Position numbers and translations under genes: made by a program
Shown here: positions 14,951 through 29,995 of the stretch, piece after piece
How the letters are laid out: each line of letters starts with the position of its first letter
Numbering within the stretch: position 1 is the stretch's first letter
The notes under the pieces: generated by a model
Told to the model about the DNA's origin: nothing
What the model saw: only the letters and a program-made list of their open reading frames with translations
Databases searched by the model: none
Source: Eledone cirrhosa
Lineage: Eukaryota
Direction: 5' to 3'
Assembly: GCA_964016885.1 (NCBI GenBank)
Contig: OZ024745.1
Span: 69,192,001-69,256,000 of the forward strand
DNA length: 64,000 nucleotides

Positions 14951-15759
14951 AAATCACACACACATGAATACACATATTGCTTTCTTGCAGTGAATCCTGG
15001 CCGCCATATATTATGAAACAAAATACAAAATACAAAGGTTTATGGTAGAAAGAATTTAAAGCGGAGGCCATGAATACTTGAAAATAAAATTATCGCTGAG
15101 AAGAAACATTTTTTATGTATGGTATATTTAATGCAGTGTTAACCTTAAAAGATCTGTACTTAGAAAAAAATAAACCAAACAAAATGGTATCGTTTGTTAA
15201 TTAAGTCTATTCATGTTACTCAGTGACATACTGAGATTTGAAATTTATTCTTATCCCTTTCTGACAGTAGTAGGCATGGTAGCATTATTACTTAGAGATG
15301 TTAAACAGTTATAATTGCTTATTTATTTCTCCTCTGCTTATTATACTCTCTTGCTATTAAGGTCTGAATAGCACGCCATATAGTAAGGCATGTTCGTAAA
15401 TATCACTATGACTTTCCCATACTATATACAAGAAGAAATGAACATAAAATGAAATTGGAAAAAAAGCAACATATGACATTGCTGACCTTCTAAATAGGAA
15501 TATCTTTTCAAATCGTCATGCCATTTACACCATGAGTGTTGTGTCGGATATCATAGTTATGCATGGAATCTTCACGTGTTTTGATAATCCATGAAATGGG
15601 CCCTTACACCGTAGGTGCGATGTCGAAACATGCTGATGGGTATTTTAAATTTTAAAATTGGTAGAATCCGTCCCTCTACAGTTTTGAAAATAGCTGATTC
15701 CTTCTTTCCTTCCTTTCAGAGGATGTAAATAAATAGAGATGGCGAGAGAGTGGGATACA

Positions 15760-15790
15760 GAGAGAGAGAGTGAGAGAAAGAGAGAGAGAG

Positions 15791-15880
<90 letters not shown>
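15760..15880. repeat. (GA)n microsatellite
   Basis: Direct read. Confidence 0.95.
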
Positions 15881-15884
<4 letters not shown>

Positions 15885-16989
15885 TGAAATAAAGAAATAG
15901 CTAAGCTACTTGGATAGCGATAGATGGATAATTACAGGGCAAGAGAGAGTGAGAGAGAGACCGAGAGGGTTAGAGAATAATTTTTAACTTTGAAACCCTG
16001 GGAGGCAAATGAGCTAGCTGAGATTTGAATTCAGGCCGCCGAAGAGAGCCAGGGCGAATACTGTTCATATTACGTTTTTATGTATTTATAACCTAGTGTA
16101 CGCCTCCCTCTCCATGACTGAATATAGTCAATTGTTTTCGAGAGAGAAAAGAGAATAACAGGAAGGAAGAAAGTCAGAAAGAGATATAGAGAACGAAAAA
16201 ATAATAAGTAAACTTATCATCGGCATGATCTGAACTCCGAGCGTAGTCAGAGCAAATAGTGCAAATCCTTCTATCTAATGTTCTAATGATGCTACTAACT
16301 CGTCGCTATTTCGATAGTAATTAATTCCAAAGGAAGCTAGAAATAAATTTTGAAAGGACCGCACAAATTAAACAACCAAATACCCCCTCCCTCCAACAAA
16401 TAATAATAAAACATTAAAAAACAAAACAAAGAGAAGACAAATTCAAAATTAGAAAACAAAATATGTAGTAGATAATTTGAGGTGTTATGATAAAATCTAT
16501 GAAATAGTTCCTCCACAAGAAACGTATGGACACCAGTAATAAACTCCTGTTGTATGATTGTTGTTTACTCAGTGGCCAACATTGATCCATCAGAAGTATT
16601 TGTTTTTTATATCTTCATTAGTGACTAAGATAGAATGAAGGATCTCTAAGACTGGTGGAAGAAGGAACCGAAATAAAAATCATAGGTTATCTTAAAAAAG
16701 TTAAGATGTACCTCAAGTTCGATGATGTTTTCAGATTCTAATTGTAGCCTATGACGTATATCTATTATTAGCATTTAAGATTTTTGTTACCATATTTTTA
16801 ATGAAATACACTGTCCGAGCTTTTTAATTAATTTGAAAGAATGAAGAATTTGGAGGAGTTTAGTAAAATAACTAAATTTGTCATGATTATAGATTATATG
16901 CATGATTATAGATTATATGCATGATTATATGCCTGATGTCTAGAACGTAACTTATAAAAAATATCCTATATAAATTTACGAAGGAAATG

Positions 16990-17044
<55 letters not shown>

Positions 17045-17046
<2 letters not shown>

Positions 17047-17510
17047 GGGATTGTAACGTCAAGTAGGTTCACCAGAGTGAGAACTCGATGCGTAGTTTCC
17101 AGTAAGTATGGAGGTGTAGTACTAAGCAGAGTGTAATAATAATAATAATAGAAAGGACAATTTGTTATGTGTTCATTACGTTTATGAGTAGCGTCGTGCG
17201 TTTCGCTATTGATCAGCTCAAGGTTCGATCTGTATAGATCTAGCCCGACCCTGGAATAAAAAAACGTCACTTTAAAATGGGAAGTATTGGATCACAGAAC
17301 AAGGAGTTTCGGGCTGGTTGGTACCAGAAGGTTTAAAGAAACTCATTAATTGCATACAAAACTAAAACTACAGCCGTTACTGCCAATTGGTAGTACATAC
17401 TATGCTTTCGATGAGGGATTTAAGTTTCCATGCTTTTGTAAGTAAGTGAGACACCTTTTCGACTTTCCAATCAAACATCCAGGTTGTGAATGTTGGAATG
17501 TTAAAAGGTT
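17045..17510 (-). mobile_element. Decayed PLE 3' end (GIY-YIG C-terminal remnant, degenerate hammerhead, tail hairpin)
   Basis: Peptide MFDWKVEKVSHLLTKAWKLKSLIES resembles the FDW..KIL...R..LES end of Penelope/Poseidon-type endonucleases. CTGATCA..GAAACGCACG lies near 17192-17217, the tail hairpin at 17082-17133, and the element ends at (TA)n. Confidence 0.45.
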
Positions 17511-17514
17511 TCAT

Positions 17515-17640
17515 GGACCCGGTACTTTCTTTATCGACCCCAAAGAGATGAATTGCCATGGTAGACCTTGGCAAGATTTGATTTTAGAATGCAATTACCC
17601 AGGACAGCTAACACTCTAACGACTTCGCTAAATCCAGCGT
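17515..17640 (-). mobile_element. Degenerate SINE (family A-like)
   Basis: The reverse complement contains TCAAATCTTGCCAAGGTC...TTCATCTCTTTGGGGTCGATAAAGAAAGTACC. Confidence 0.55.
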
Positions 17641-18117
17641 CTATATATATATGGTTGGGGGCGGGGGGGGGGGAGGGATACGTGCCTATGTGTTTGTGTG
17701 TGTGTGATTCAGTATCTATGTTTATGCCTGTGTCTGTGTCTTCGCTTACGTCCCATACCTTAGCGGTTAGATATGAAGAAGATGCATACAATACATGCCA
17801 GACTCGAAAGATAAGGCCTGGGGGCAATATGTGCGACAAATTCAAGGCGGTGCCGCAGTCTAATGAGTGAAACAAATAAAATATTACAATAATACAAGGA
17901 TAAAAGTAAATACTTTTTTAAACAATTTCACAATATTCAATTAAAGATGTCTTCTATTTTGCAAAAAAAAAAAAAAAAAAAAAAAGGAAAGTAGCGAGTA
18001 AATTGAAGAATCAGACACGTCATGTTGAAGTTAAATAGTGATATTCCTTTGTGTCAAAACCATCATGTGTTTTGTTGAATGTCGTTTTTAAGATCGAGGA
18101 GAGAGAGAGAGAGAGAG

Positions 18118-18184
<67 letters not shown>

Positions 18185-18237
18185 AGAGAGACAGATATAT
18201 ATGAAATGCCATATATATACACATGAACAGGCACTCG

Positions 18238-18269
<32 letters not shown>

Positions 18270-18307
18270 TGCACATAGATATATATATGCACATAGATAT
18301 ATACATG

Positions 18308-18363
<56 letters not shown>

Positions 18364-18644
18364 CAAAGAAAGATAGATAGAAAGATGTGTCTGTGTGTAT
18401 GTGGCGGGGGAAGAGAATAGGGATAGGTTATGTTTTTACCATGGTATATGTTGTAAAAAAACTACATATGTCTAATATATCAGCGTGGTTGTGGCGTTCC
18501 ATGCACCACCGTTAATATGTTTATAAATATTAAGTCCTTGAATTACTAGATTTCTTGTCTACATCCTACTCAACATTTCTGGTTCTATCTCTTTAGAACA
18601 TTGGACATACTTCATGTATTTGTGTATGTATGTGTGTATGTATG

Positions 18645-18686
<42 letters not shown>

Positions 18687-18726
18687 CACATACATACATA
18701 GAAACATACTTAATACATAGATACAT

Positions 18727-18788
<62 letters not shown>

Positions 18789-19121
18789 TTATGTATTAAG
18801 TATGTTTCTATGTATGTATATATGTATGTGTGCATGCATATGGCTATGTATATGTGTGTGTAGGTACGTACGGGTGGCATGTATATTTGTATGTATGCAT
18901 ACCTACATGTAACTATGTATGTACGCCTGTATGTATATATGTAGACATGTATATTTGCATACATATGAACATATACATCATATATATATATATACATATA
19001 TATATAAAATAAAGTTAAATAAAAAGTCAAATGATTAAAATTTAGCTTCGTTTATTACTGCTATATATATTTCAGTGACAGCCATCTTTGGCTGTGACCT
19101 CTTCAGGCAGTTTGAATTATC

Positions 19122-19171
<50 letters not shown>

Positions 19172-19536
19172 TGTGTGTATATACATACACAAATATATAC
19201 ACACGCACATTTGTGTGCGGGTGTGAGCATGTATGTGTGTGTACGTGGGTGTTGTGTTGTATGCATGAGTGTATGTATGATCACCACTCTCTCTCATTTT
19301 GCATGCGCATGCGTGTTTTTTCTGAAGCACATGTTGTAGCTGCGATACCATTGGCTGACCGAGGTGTTAATACATAAAAACAATAATTTATCAACAGAAT
19401 TACAAAAGCACATAAGCATTACAGGTGCTGTACCCATACCATACACTCATACACACACACGGACTCACACACGCACGCACGCACACATACATGCGCACCC
19501 ACATAAATATATGTATGTATCTATAAATATACATAC

Positions 19537-19580
<44 letters not shown>

Positions 19581-19584
<4 letters not shown>

Positions 19585-20710
19585 GAATAAACAAGAGAGA
19601 TGAACACTAATATAAACATACATGTGTTCGAATCGTAAGGACCAAGTTTGCTAGGGTGAAAAAATACTAACTACAGCAATATGGTTTGTCAGACATAATT
19701 TTAAGTATTAAATTAAGAAAAATAATAGCCTGGTAACAACTAGACAGTTTTGGAGACTCTTTCGCAGCATTTTATTAAGTGAAGTCCACACATTTCTCTG
19801 CTCCTCAGAACTTGTTGTTGAGAAATTAGTGATCCTTCCATTTCTAAAAATATTAGAAGACTGAATTGTGTGCGATAAGAAATATCGCACGTGTCTTTGG
19901 AACCCAGCTTGTCTCGAAATTCCATGCCGCTAAAAATAGCAGCCTGTTTAACATGACATCAAAATTAGCTCTACATGGTGGAGCCGACAAATATATAGTG
20001 AGTTAGAAACTCAGAGTTGTCTCTTACAATTAAATAGCTGTAAGAAAAAAGCTTTTCCGAGCCGTGTAATATAATCGAATAAACAAGAGAGATGAACACT
20101 AATATAAACATACATGTGTTCGAATCGTAAGGACCAAGTTTGCTAGGGTGAAAAAATACTAACTACAGCAATATGGTCAGACTTAATTCAATTATATTAC
20201 ACGGCTCGGAGAAGCTCCACCATGTAGAGCTAATTTTAATGTCCTGTTAAACAGGCTGCTATTTATAGCGGCATGGAATTTCTGAACAAGCTGGGTTCGA
20301 AAGACACGTGCGATATATATTATCGCACACAATTCAGTCTTCTAATATTTTTAGAAGTGGAAGGATCACTAATTTCTCAACAACTTCTGAGGAGCAGAGA
20401 AATGTGTGGACCTCACTTAATAAGATGTTGCGAACAGTCTCCAAAACTGTCTAGTTGTTACCAGGCGAGTGCCCGATATAGGTCTGTTATTTTTCTTAAT
20501 TTAATACTTAAAATTAAGTCTGACAAACCATATTGCTGTAGTTAGTATTTTTTCACCCTAGCTAACTTGGTCCTTACGATTCGAACACATGTATGTTTAT
20601 ATTAGTGTTCATCTCTCTTGTTTATTCAATTACATTACACGGCTAGGAAAAGCTTTTTTCTTACAGATATTTAATTGTAAGAGACTACTCTGAGTTTCTA
20701 ACTCACTACA
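19581..20710. mobile_element. Non-coding PLE/retrozyme-like element: 492-bp unit in partial tandem (19585, 20077) followed by an inverted copy (about 20190-20710)
   Basis: Direct and inverted repeats are read from the sequence, with (TA)n on both flanks. A decayed minimal hammerhead AAGTT-CTGAGGA-GCAGA-GAAA-TGTG-TG-GACTT lies at 19782-19813 (-) and near 20387 (+). Confidence 0.7.
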
Positions 20711-20712
20711 TA

Positions 20713-20745
<33 letters not shown>

Positions 20746-20775
20746 GTGTACATACACATATATGTATATATATGT

Positions 20776-20825
<50 letters not shown>

Positions 20826-20843
20826 ATATATATATGTATGTAT

Positions 20844-20874
<31 letters not shown>

Positions 20875-20915
20875 AATATATATATATATATACATACATA
20901 TATGTATATATATAT

Positions 20916-20948
<33 letters not shown>

Positions 20949-22152
20949 CATACACACAAATATATATATATACATATTCATATATATATATATATATATT
21001 GAGAGAGAAAGTGTGTAAACGTATTTCTCCCACATAGACCCATACATATATACCCATACATCTATTTATGTGGACTGTCCACACATTCATGTGTATAAGT
21101 GTATCCCCTACACATACATAAGTTTCAGCAGTGAGGCCTGATCACAGAAATGGAAAACTTTAATTGTCTGTCACATCTTGCTGACACTTTTATCGTCTAA
21201 GTTATTTATCTCCGACAAAATCAATAATAAATATAAATCTAGCAACACCACAAAGTGCTTTTTCTCATTTTCCACTGACTGAGATATAAAGATGTGTACT
21301 TTATTTAGAATTGGATAATTTTATCAGAATTCTCTTTGTAATGCGGAATAAAAATAAAGATATTAATAAGATTTTTGATAATTGTTCTAAATATATTATT
21401 TCTCAGATATTTCTAAATATATTTCTCGAATATTTCAAAGAATTTTGTTGGAATTGCTCTCCTTTCTTTTAAATTACGTCTTATGGGAACTACAACTGCA
21501 AAATTTAAGCTACTACCTCACAGTTAACAACCGTTGTCTTGGAAATACTGCTTTTTTTCTTTCCCCAGAAAAAATACAGCTAAAAGCTTGAAAATTCAAT
21601 AATTATTTTGAGTTTTCGATAATTTGATATATTTGTGAAAATTGCTATCAAGAAAATGTAATCGTCGAGGGAACCGAGTATGTGAAACAATCTTTATTGT
21701 TAGAATCATTGCATATCCTTTATAACCTTTCTATCTATTATAGTGTTGTAAAATACATGAATATATATTTTATTTATTACTTTTCAGCTTGTACCCCTAG
21801 AGGTGTCGCGAGATGAAGAGCTCTTAATCTGAGGAGTGTTGGAAAACTTGTCCTGGCGTGATGCCATGTTATGTCAAGGTTTCCCTGACACCATCAATCT
21901 ATATTTTCCTAGGTCATCCTTTGGCGATCTAGCCAGTGATATTTTGAGTTATACGCAATATCCTTTAATGTCAGGAATCCAAATAGAAAAGTAAACATCT
22001 ATTTGATTTGTCTAGAATAGGGCAATATGCCGACAATATTAGAAGAAAATAAAATAATGCGATACATTATTAAATCCTTAAATCTACAGACGTTTCTTTT
22101 TACCTGTTGTTTTTAATAGGCATAAACATTTGAATATATATATATGTATATA

Positions 22153-22183
<31 letters not shown>

Positions 22184-22184
<1 letters not shown>

Positions 22185-22245
22185 TTATAAAAATAACAGA
22201 TTAAAGTTTAAGCATTTAGTCTTCAAATTTATTATTATTACTATA
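22184..22245 (+). mobile_element. Ultra-short PLE insertion (inverted pLTR piece plus tail end) of the 24.6-25.5 kb family
   Basis: 22184-22212 is the reverse complement of about 25423-25453, and 22213-22243 matches the 25514-25544 tail end. It lies within (TA)n. Confidence 0.7.
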
Positions 22246-22290
22246 TATATATATATATATATATATAAATACACACACACACACACACAC

Positions 22291-22378
<88 letters not shown>

Positions 22379-22768
22379 TATGGTTTATCATTTTTTAGAT
22401 CCGGAAAAAGAAGATGGATGACTAACGCATGTATACGGAAGCTATGTGCTGGCTACTGGATATGTCCTTTGTTATATTCAAGTGCCAAACACTCATGCTA
22501 AATAGACTGACAGAAAATATTCACTTACATTAAATGCTTTGGATGTAGAACAATGGCTCCTCTTTCAAATGTAAATCCAATGAAAGAAAAATCCACCTAT
22601 TAATAATACGAATAATAATATTAATAACAACAAAAACAACAACAACAATAATAATAATAATAATAATATGATATATATATAAATTGAAAACATAGTATCA
22701 AAACCCTATCATGATGTTTGTAATCGTGCGAAACCATTTTGCTGGTTTGAGAGCTGATGAGGGTGAAG

Positions 22769-22841
<73 letters not shown>

Positions 22842-23149
22842 CTGGTATTGTACATCACTTTCTTTCAGTTACTGCTATGCACCAACACACCTCTCCTTGC
22901 CCTCCTCCTATTTCAATGTTTCTATATTTCATCTGCCTGTCACTCACCTCGTGGATTGTCTTTTTGTTGACCACTAGCGTCTGGTCTCTGTCCTCTGAGA
23001 CATTTATGCCCATCGCTGTCTTTGACAGCATGTAGCTCATTGAATGGCTGTTCTTGAAATGAGTTTTTTCATTTTTATATGCATTCAATTACACTCTCGC
23101 TTCGTCTCATCAATCAGAGAGAACATTGTATTTTCATTGTATTTTCATT

Positions 23150-23294
23150 TGCGGATGACGGTTTAACCATCGTCTCAGTGTGTTTGGCCTTTAACGTATG
23201 TTGTAGCTCTGTTTCGTCAGAATTATTGAGCGCTTGCCACACATCTCGGACGTTGTTTTTCGCTAATTCCAAAGCCGAAATACGATTCTCGGTG

Positions 23295-23330
<36 letters not shown>

Positions 23331-23684
23331 CAGCGAGAATCGTATTTCGGCTTTGGAATTAGCGAAAAACAACGTCCGTGATGTGTGGCAAGCGCTCAAT
23401 AATTCTGACGAAACAGAGCTACAACATACGTTAAAGACACTGAGACGATGGTTAAACCGTCATCCGCACAGCCAGAGAAACGACCAAGTAATTCGGGTCA
23501 AATAAAAAAAAAATATGATTGAAAAAATTTACCCGGACCCCTGGTTGGTTGGTAAAATCCAGCATTTGATTTTCTGCGACTCCTAAATCAAGTATTGTCC
23601 GCTTAGACAAATAATGTTAGGCTTCTGGTAAGATGATTGAACAAGGAAGTCACTTTCTCAACAGGTTTTAGTTCAAGTGCCAGG

Positions 23685-23690
<6 letters not shown>
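23150..23690. mobile_element. PLE pLTR-type repeat in tail-to-tail inverted arrangement around (TA)n (arms 23150-23298 / 23326-23468)
   Basis: About 145-bp inverted arms; homologs at 42159-42520 and 42590-42790; tail hairpin at 23206-23231. Confidence 0.7.
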
Positions 23691-23727
<37 letters not shown>

Positions 23728-23877
23728 TTATAAATTTATTATAATAAATTGAAGTAAAAGCATGGTGCGTGTGTTTCTTATTGGCAAGATGACCCTCCCA
23801 AAGTATAACAATATCGGTTTCAACACACGTTTTCAGATAAAGAATCTTGCTAAACAAATTCAGTAACGAAATCTACA

Positions 23878-24564
<687 letters not shown>

Positions 24565-25201
24565 TTGGTGGCCACACCATTAGCTAATATCTTTCTATCT
24601 CTTATTACGAAACATTTTCCCCCTACACATAAATATAGTAACATTTCTAATAGAAATACTATTAAAATTTCTTACTCTACGACTCCTAACCTTGCACATA
24701 AAATCACAGCTTCAAATTTAGCTAAACTACCTAGCCGTAGGAACACGTGCAACCCTGTAGTTCGTACTAACTGTAATTGTAGGAATCGGGTTGATTGCCC
24801 CCTATTCATTCGGGAAATGCCTCTCTAGCAACATTGTCTACAAATGTAAGGTTGAACCACCCACCGTCCCGTAGGGCCTACATAGGGTTAACCGCCAATA
24901 GATTCAAGCAGTGTCTTTACATGAATATCCATTCTTTTCGTTACCCTCTAAGAAGGAATATGACGTCATTTTCAGCTTCTATCTGGAGTCTAAAAGACAA
25001 CCACACCCAATATAAGTTACACTGGGAGATCCTAGCTAGGGCTAGATCGTATAACGGAAATAAAAGACCCGCCGAGGCCCTGGAAATACTCTACGCCACA
25101 GACCACATCTTAAACAAAAAATCTGAGGCAATTTCGGCTTGTAAACATAAATTGCACAAAACGTTCCTGTATTACAGCCCCACATTATACCCTAACGGAT
25201 A
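24565..25201 (+). pseudogene. Frameshifted Penelope-like (Neptune-type) GIY-YIG endonuclease region
   Basis: Joining frames gives [35 protein letters not shown] / [13 protein letters not shown] / RAYIGLTANRFK..TSFSASIWSLKD..WEILARARSY..LNKKSEAISACKHK, collinear with the 61-63 kb ORFs. Confidence 0.85.
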
Positions 25202-25545
25202 GTACGATCTATACGTGGATATTTTACGTCTTGATGTTGTAGCTAAGTATATGTTATCTTTATACCATTACTTATTTGCATAGGGAACGTTTCCACGAAC
25301 CAAAGTATCGTCTTCCTGTCTTCCCCCGGTTGCAACGTTTTTTGAAATATCCACTTCTGCGTTTACAGAATGACTTTGTTAGTTTCAGAAGATCCCGTTA
25401 AGGGTGAAACCAGCGATTCTTTGCTTAAACTTTAATCTGTTATTTTAATAAATATTTGCTCTACGGTTCTTATATATTTGATATATATTTATCCTTATCG
25501 AGCCCTCTTTGGATTTTAGTCTTCAAATTTATTATTATTACTATA
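24565..25545 (+). mobile_element. 5'-truncated Neptune-type PLE inserted in (TA)n
   Basis: Endonuclease remnant, then a 3' UTR with a degenerate hammerhead core CAGAAGA-TCCC-GTTAA-GGGT-GAAA (about 25386-25409), a tail hairpin at 25458-25503, and an end at (TA)n. Confidence 0.8.
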
Positions 25546-26288
25546 TATATATATATATTAATTAATTTATTTATTTATTTAATAAATTGAATGTAGTACC
25601 ATCCCTTTACAAATACAGAATCATCCATCGCTCACCCCCCATACACATCCTCACGCACACACATCCACAGACACACAGACGCATACACACATACACACAC
25701 ACACACGCACACGCATACGCACACGCACACATACACATCTATCTCTCTCTCTCTCTATCTCTCTCTCTATATATATATATATTAGAAGAGCTGGAAAGAA
25801 AATGACCTTGGCCGTAGCTCAATATTACAATAAACGCAAAAAGTAAATGGTTTAAAATCTAAAAGTTTCCTCTAATTTGTGTATCTTGTATCTATATGAC
25901 ACCTGTATTTATCATTTAGTTTGTCATCTATGAACATCTTTCAGTGTTAGGTGAGATCATAATTGTAGGCTAATGATGTAATTATAAAAATCAATGGCTT
26001 TTGCCAAACATGCTTAATTATTACATTCTTTTACTAATTTTTACTTTTATAATAATAGTTACGAACTGATGTTTCTCAAAGGAGAGAGTATGTAAAAGAG
26101 GGAGAGAGATAAATGAAATGCAATCATCATGATTTAATGTAGTTAAGAGGAAAAAAAAATAATTGAAAAAATGTTTTCGCTAAAATGAGAAAACATGTTT
26201 TGAATAAGTTTGTGTTAATAAGTGTAGTATGAGTGCAGTCAGCTAAACATGAATAGAGATAACGAGCATGTTTAGTAGTTGTTTGATT

Positions 26289-26445
<157 letters not shown>

Positions 26446-26458
26446 ATATATATTTATA

Positions 26459-26519
<61 letters not shown>

Positions 26520-27094
26520 TGTTATATTTGATTATATCACTGAAGTTTAGTCTGTACATAATGATTTATTGGTATTGAAATTTACAATCAGATCTGATTT
26601 TCCTGGAGTGCGAAATCGATTGACGTAATAAGCATTTATTTATAAGTCTTTGTACAAACAAAACTCTTTTTTTAATGTTTATTTTCTTCCTTTTATCATA
26701 AGCTTTGCAGATGTAAATATAAGGGAAAACGGTTTTTTTCTTGTCATAATATTTTCGTTACTTTTCAACATGGTGCACTGGACTTCCGTCAGTCTCGACG
26801 ATGAATGCTGTAATTGTGTGAACAGGTGTGAACAGGTGTGTGTATAGGTGTGTGTACAGGTGTTCAGGTAACGTAGATTTCAAGGATATTCAACATGACA
26901 CACTGCGTGGGATAGTTGATCCTTCAATTACAGGTACACATCGTTTTTCAGCAGGGGATTTAAATGTAACATCATGAAACATTGTCTCTTGCATTGGGAC
27001 ACAATTGGGCAGTGTGAAGAAGCAAACTCACAACTTTTTGAACACTAAACGAGGCGTCTTCACACATTTTCAATATTAGGATTTTGTTAAGAGC

Positions 27095-27278
27095 GATAGC
27101 TTGATCGTAGGACAACATGCTTCGGCCGTTTACGTTCTGAGTTCAAATCTCACTCATGTTAGCTTGCCTTCATCCTTGCGAGGTCGCTAAAATCTACCAC
27201 TAGTTTAACACTGGCATCTATTTAGTCAACTTACACCCCTAAATTTTTGGCTTTGTGCCTAAATCAGAAATCAATATT
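27095..27278 (+). mobile_element. Degenerate SINE (family A-like)
   Basis: CTGAGTTCAAATC...TTGCCTTCATCCTTGCGAGGTCG...GGCTTTGTGCCTAAATCAGAAATCAATATTA. Confidence 0.6.
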
Positions 27279-27682
27279 ACGATTCTGATTTCAATTGCCT
27301 TCCCCCATCTATATGGAAATATACTCCTAAACAAAACTAACAAAACTAGAGAAGTGAGGTAAGTGAGGAAAAGCAACAATAAACTACAAAGTAACAAATC
27401 GATTTATTCCGTTCAGGCAATCAGAGCAACGTGTTAGTCTTTTGTGAGGACAATGACATTAGAAACTTTATGTATGTACACATGTATGTATGTATGTATA
27501 TATGTATGTAAGTATGTATGTATGTATGTATGTATGTAAGTATGCATGTATGTAAGTATGTATGTGTGTATGTATGTTTGTACAAATGTATGTATTTATG
27601 TATGCATGTATGTGTATGTACGTAGTATGTATATACGTATTTATTTATACAAACGCATACAAACGCACACACATGTCTATGC

Positions 27683-27731
<49 letters not shown>

Positions 27732-27749
27732 CATGCATAGACATATGTG

Positions 27750-27812
<63 letters not shown>

Positions 27813-27908
27813 AGCATAAACATGTGTGTGCGTTTGTACGTAAATATATGAATAAATACGTATATATATGTATACGTATATACACACACACAGACACACA
27901 CACACACG

Positions 27909-27979
<71 letters not shown>

Positions 27980-28281
27980 GTATATATACGTATACACACA
28001 GTATATAATTATATGTATATATATATATATTTATCAACTGCTTTAACGTCGTAGATGAATGAATGTGTGAATGTATTGTGATGTTTAATTAGAAGCAATG
28101 TGTTGTAAGGTTAAATAAATATTTACCCAATCGTGACATAAATACATATGTACAGACAAAGAAACACACACATATATATACCCACATGTATGCACACACA
28201 CACATATATATATATAATAATAAGGAGTTGACGGACCCAGCATATTTATCAATGCCAGGACCGGTTGTATTTCACACAAAT

Positions 28282-28349
<68 letters not shown>

Positions 28350-28444
28350 TCACACACACACACATATATATAATAATTATCAGGAGCCAGACAATGTGAT
28401 AACACCTAGGGTCGCCGATTTGCACACGTACAATTAGTTTACAG

Positions 28445-28625
28445 TAATAATTGTTTCTACTTTTGGCACAAGACCAGCAAATACCCAGTACATTACTGGT
28501 ACTTTATGTTATCGACCTCGTAAGGATGAAAGGCAAAGTTTACCTCGGTGGGATTTGAATTCAGATCATAAAGGGCCGTAACTCTTTGCAGTAATAATAT
28601 GTTGCAAATACGAACCAGGATATTG
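28445..28625 (-). mobile_element. SINE (family A), minus strand
   Basis: Reverse complement of the 161-355 body and tail. Confidence 0.75.
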
Positions 28626-28697
28626 GAGCGTACAGAATACGTTACATAGTGGATAAACGGTTTTGTGTGCGAATACACAGACACACACATATATATA

Positions 28698-29611
<914 letters not shown>

Positions 29612-29617
<6 letters not shown>

Positions 29618-29995
29618 TTAAAACAATGAAATAAAAAATCAAGTCATTAGAAATATACTTCACTGCTTTACGATCGTTTCTAGGTGATGATAATACATCG
29701 TAACTATACTTCGATATCGATCTACGTAAGGTTAGTTAGAAAATCGATAGAAGATCGATATCGAAGTATAATTACGATGTATGATCATAACCTAGAAACG
29801 ATCGTAAAGCAGTGAAGTATATTTCTAATGACTTGATTTTTTATTTCATTGTTTTAACTTATATCATGACTTTGTTTTTCTTTTAATGTTTTATTGTTTT
29901 CCGGGATTTATTTTAACCTACAACATTTTCAACATAAGGATTACATTGAGTTCTTCATGCAGACTAGACCCCACAAACTTACCGTGGATATCTAT
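29612..29995 (+). mobile_element. Mini PLE palindrome (arms 29613-29723 / 29752-29862, tail to about 29995)
   Basis: Hammerhead 3' half GAAA-C-GATC-G-TA at 29795-29806; tail hairpin at 29868-29952. Confidence 0.7.

Noticed and set aside
21790-22040. Possible LINE (RTE-like) 3' coding remnant on the minus strand
   Set aside because: It is too degenerate to support by eye.
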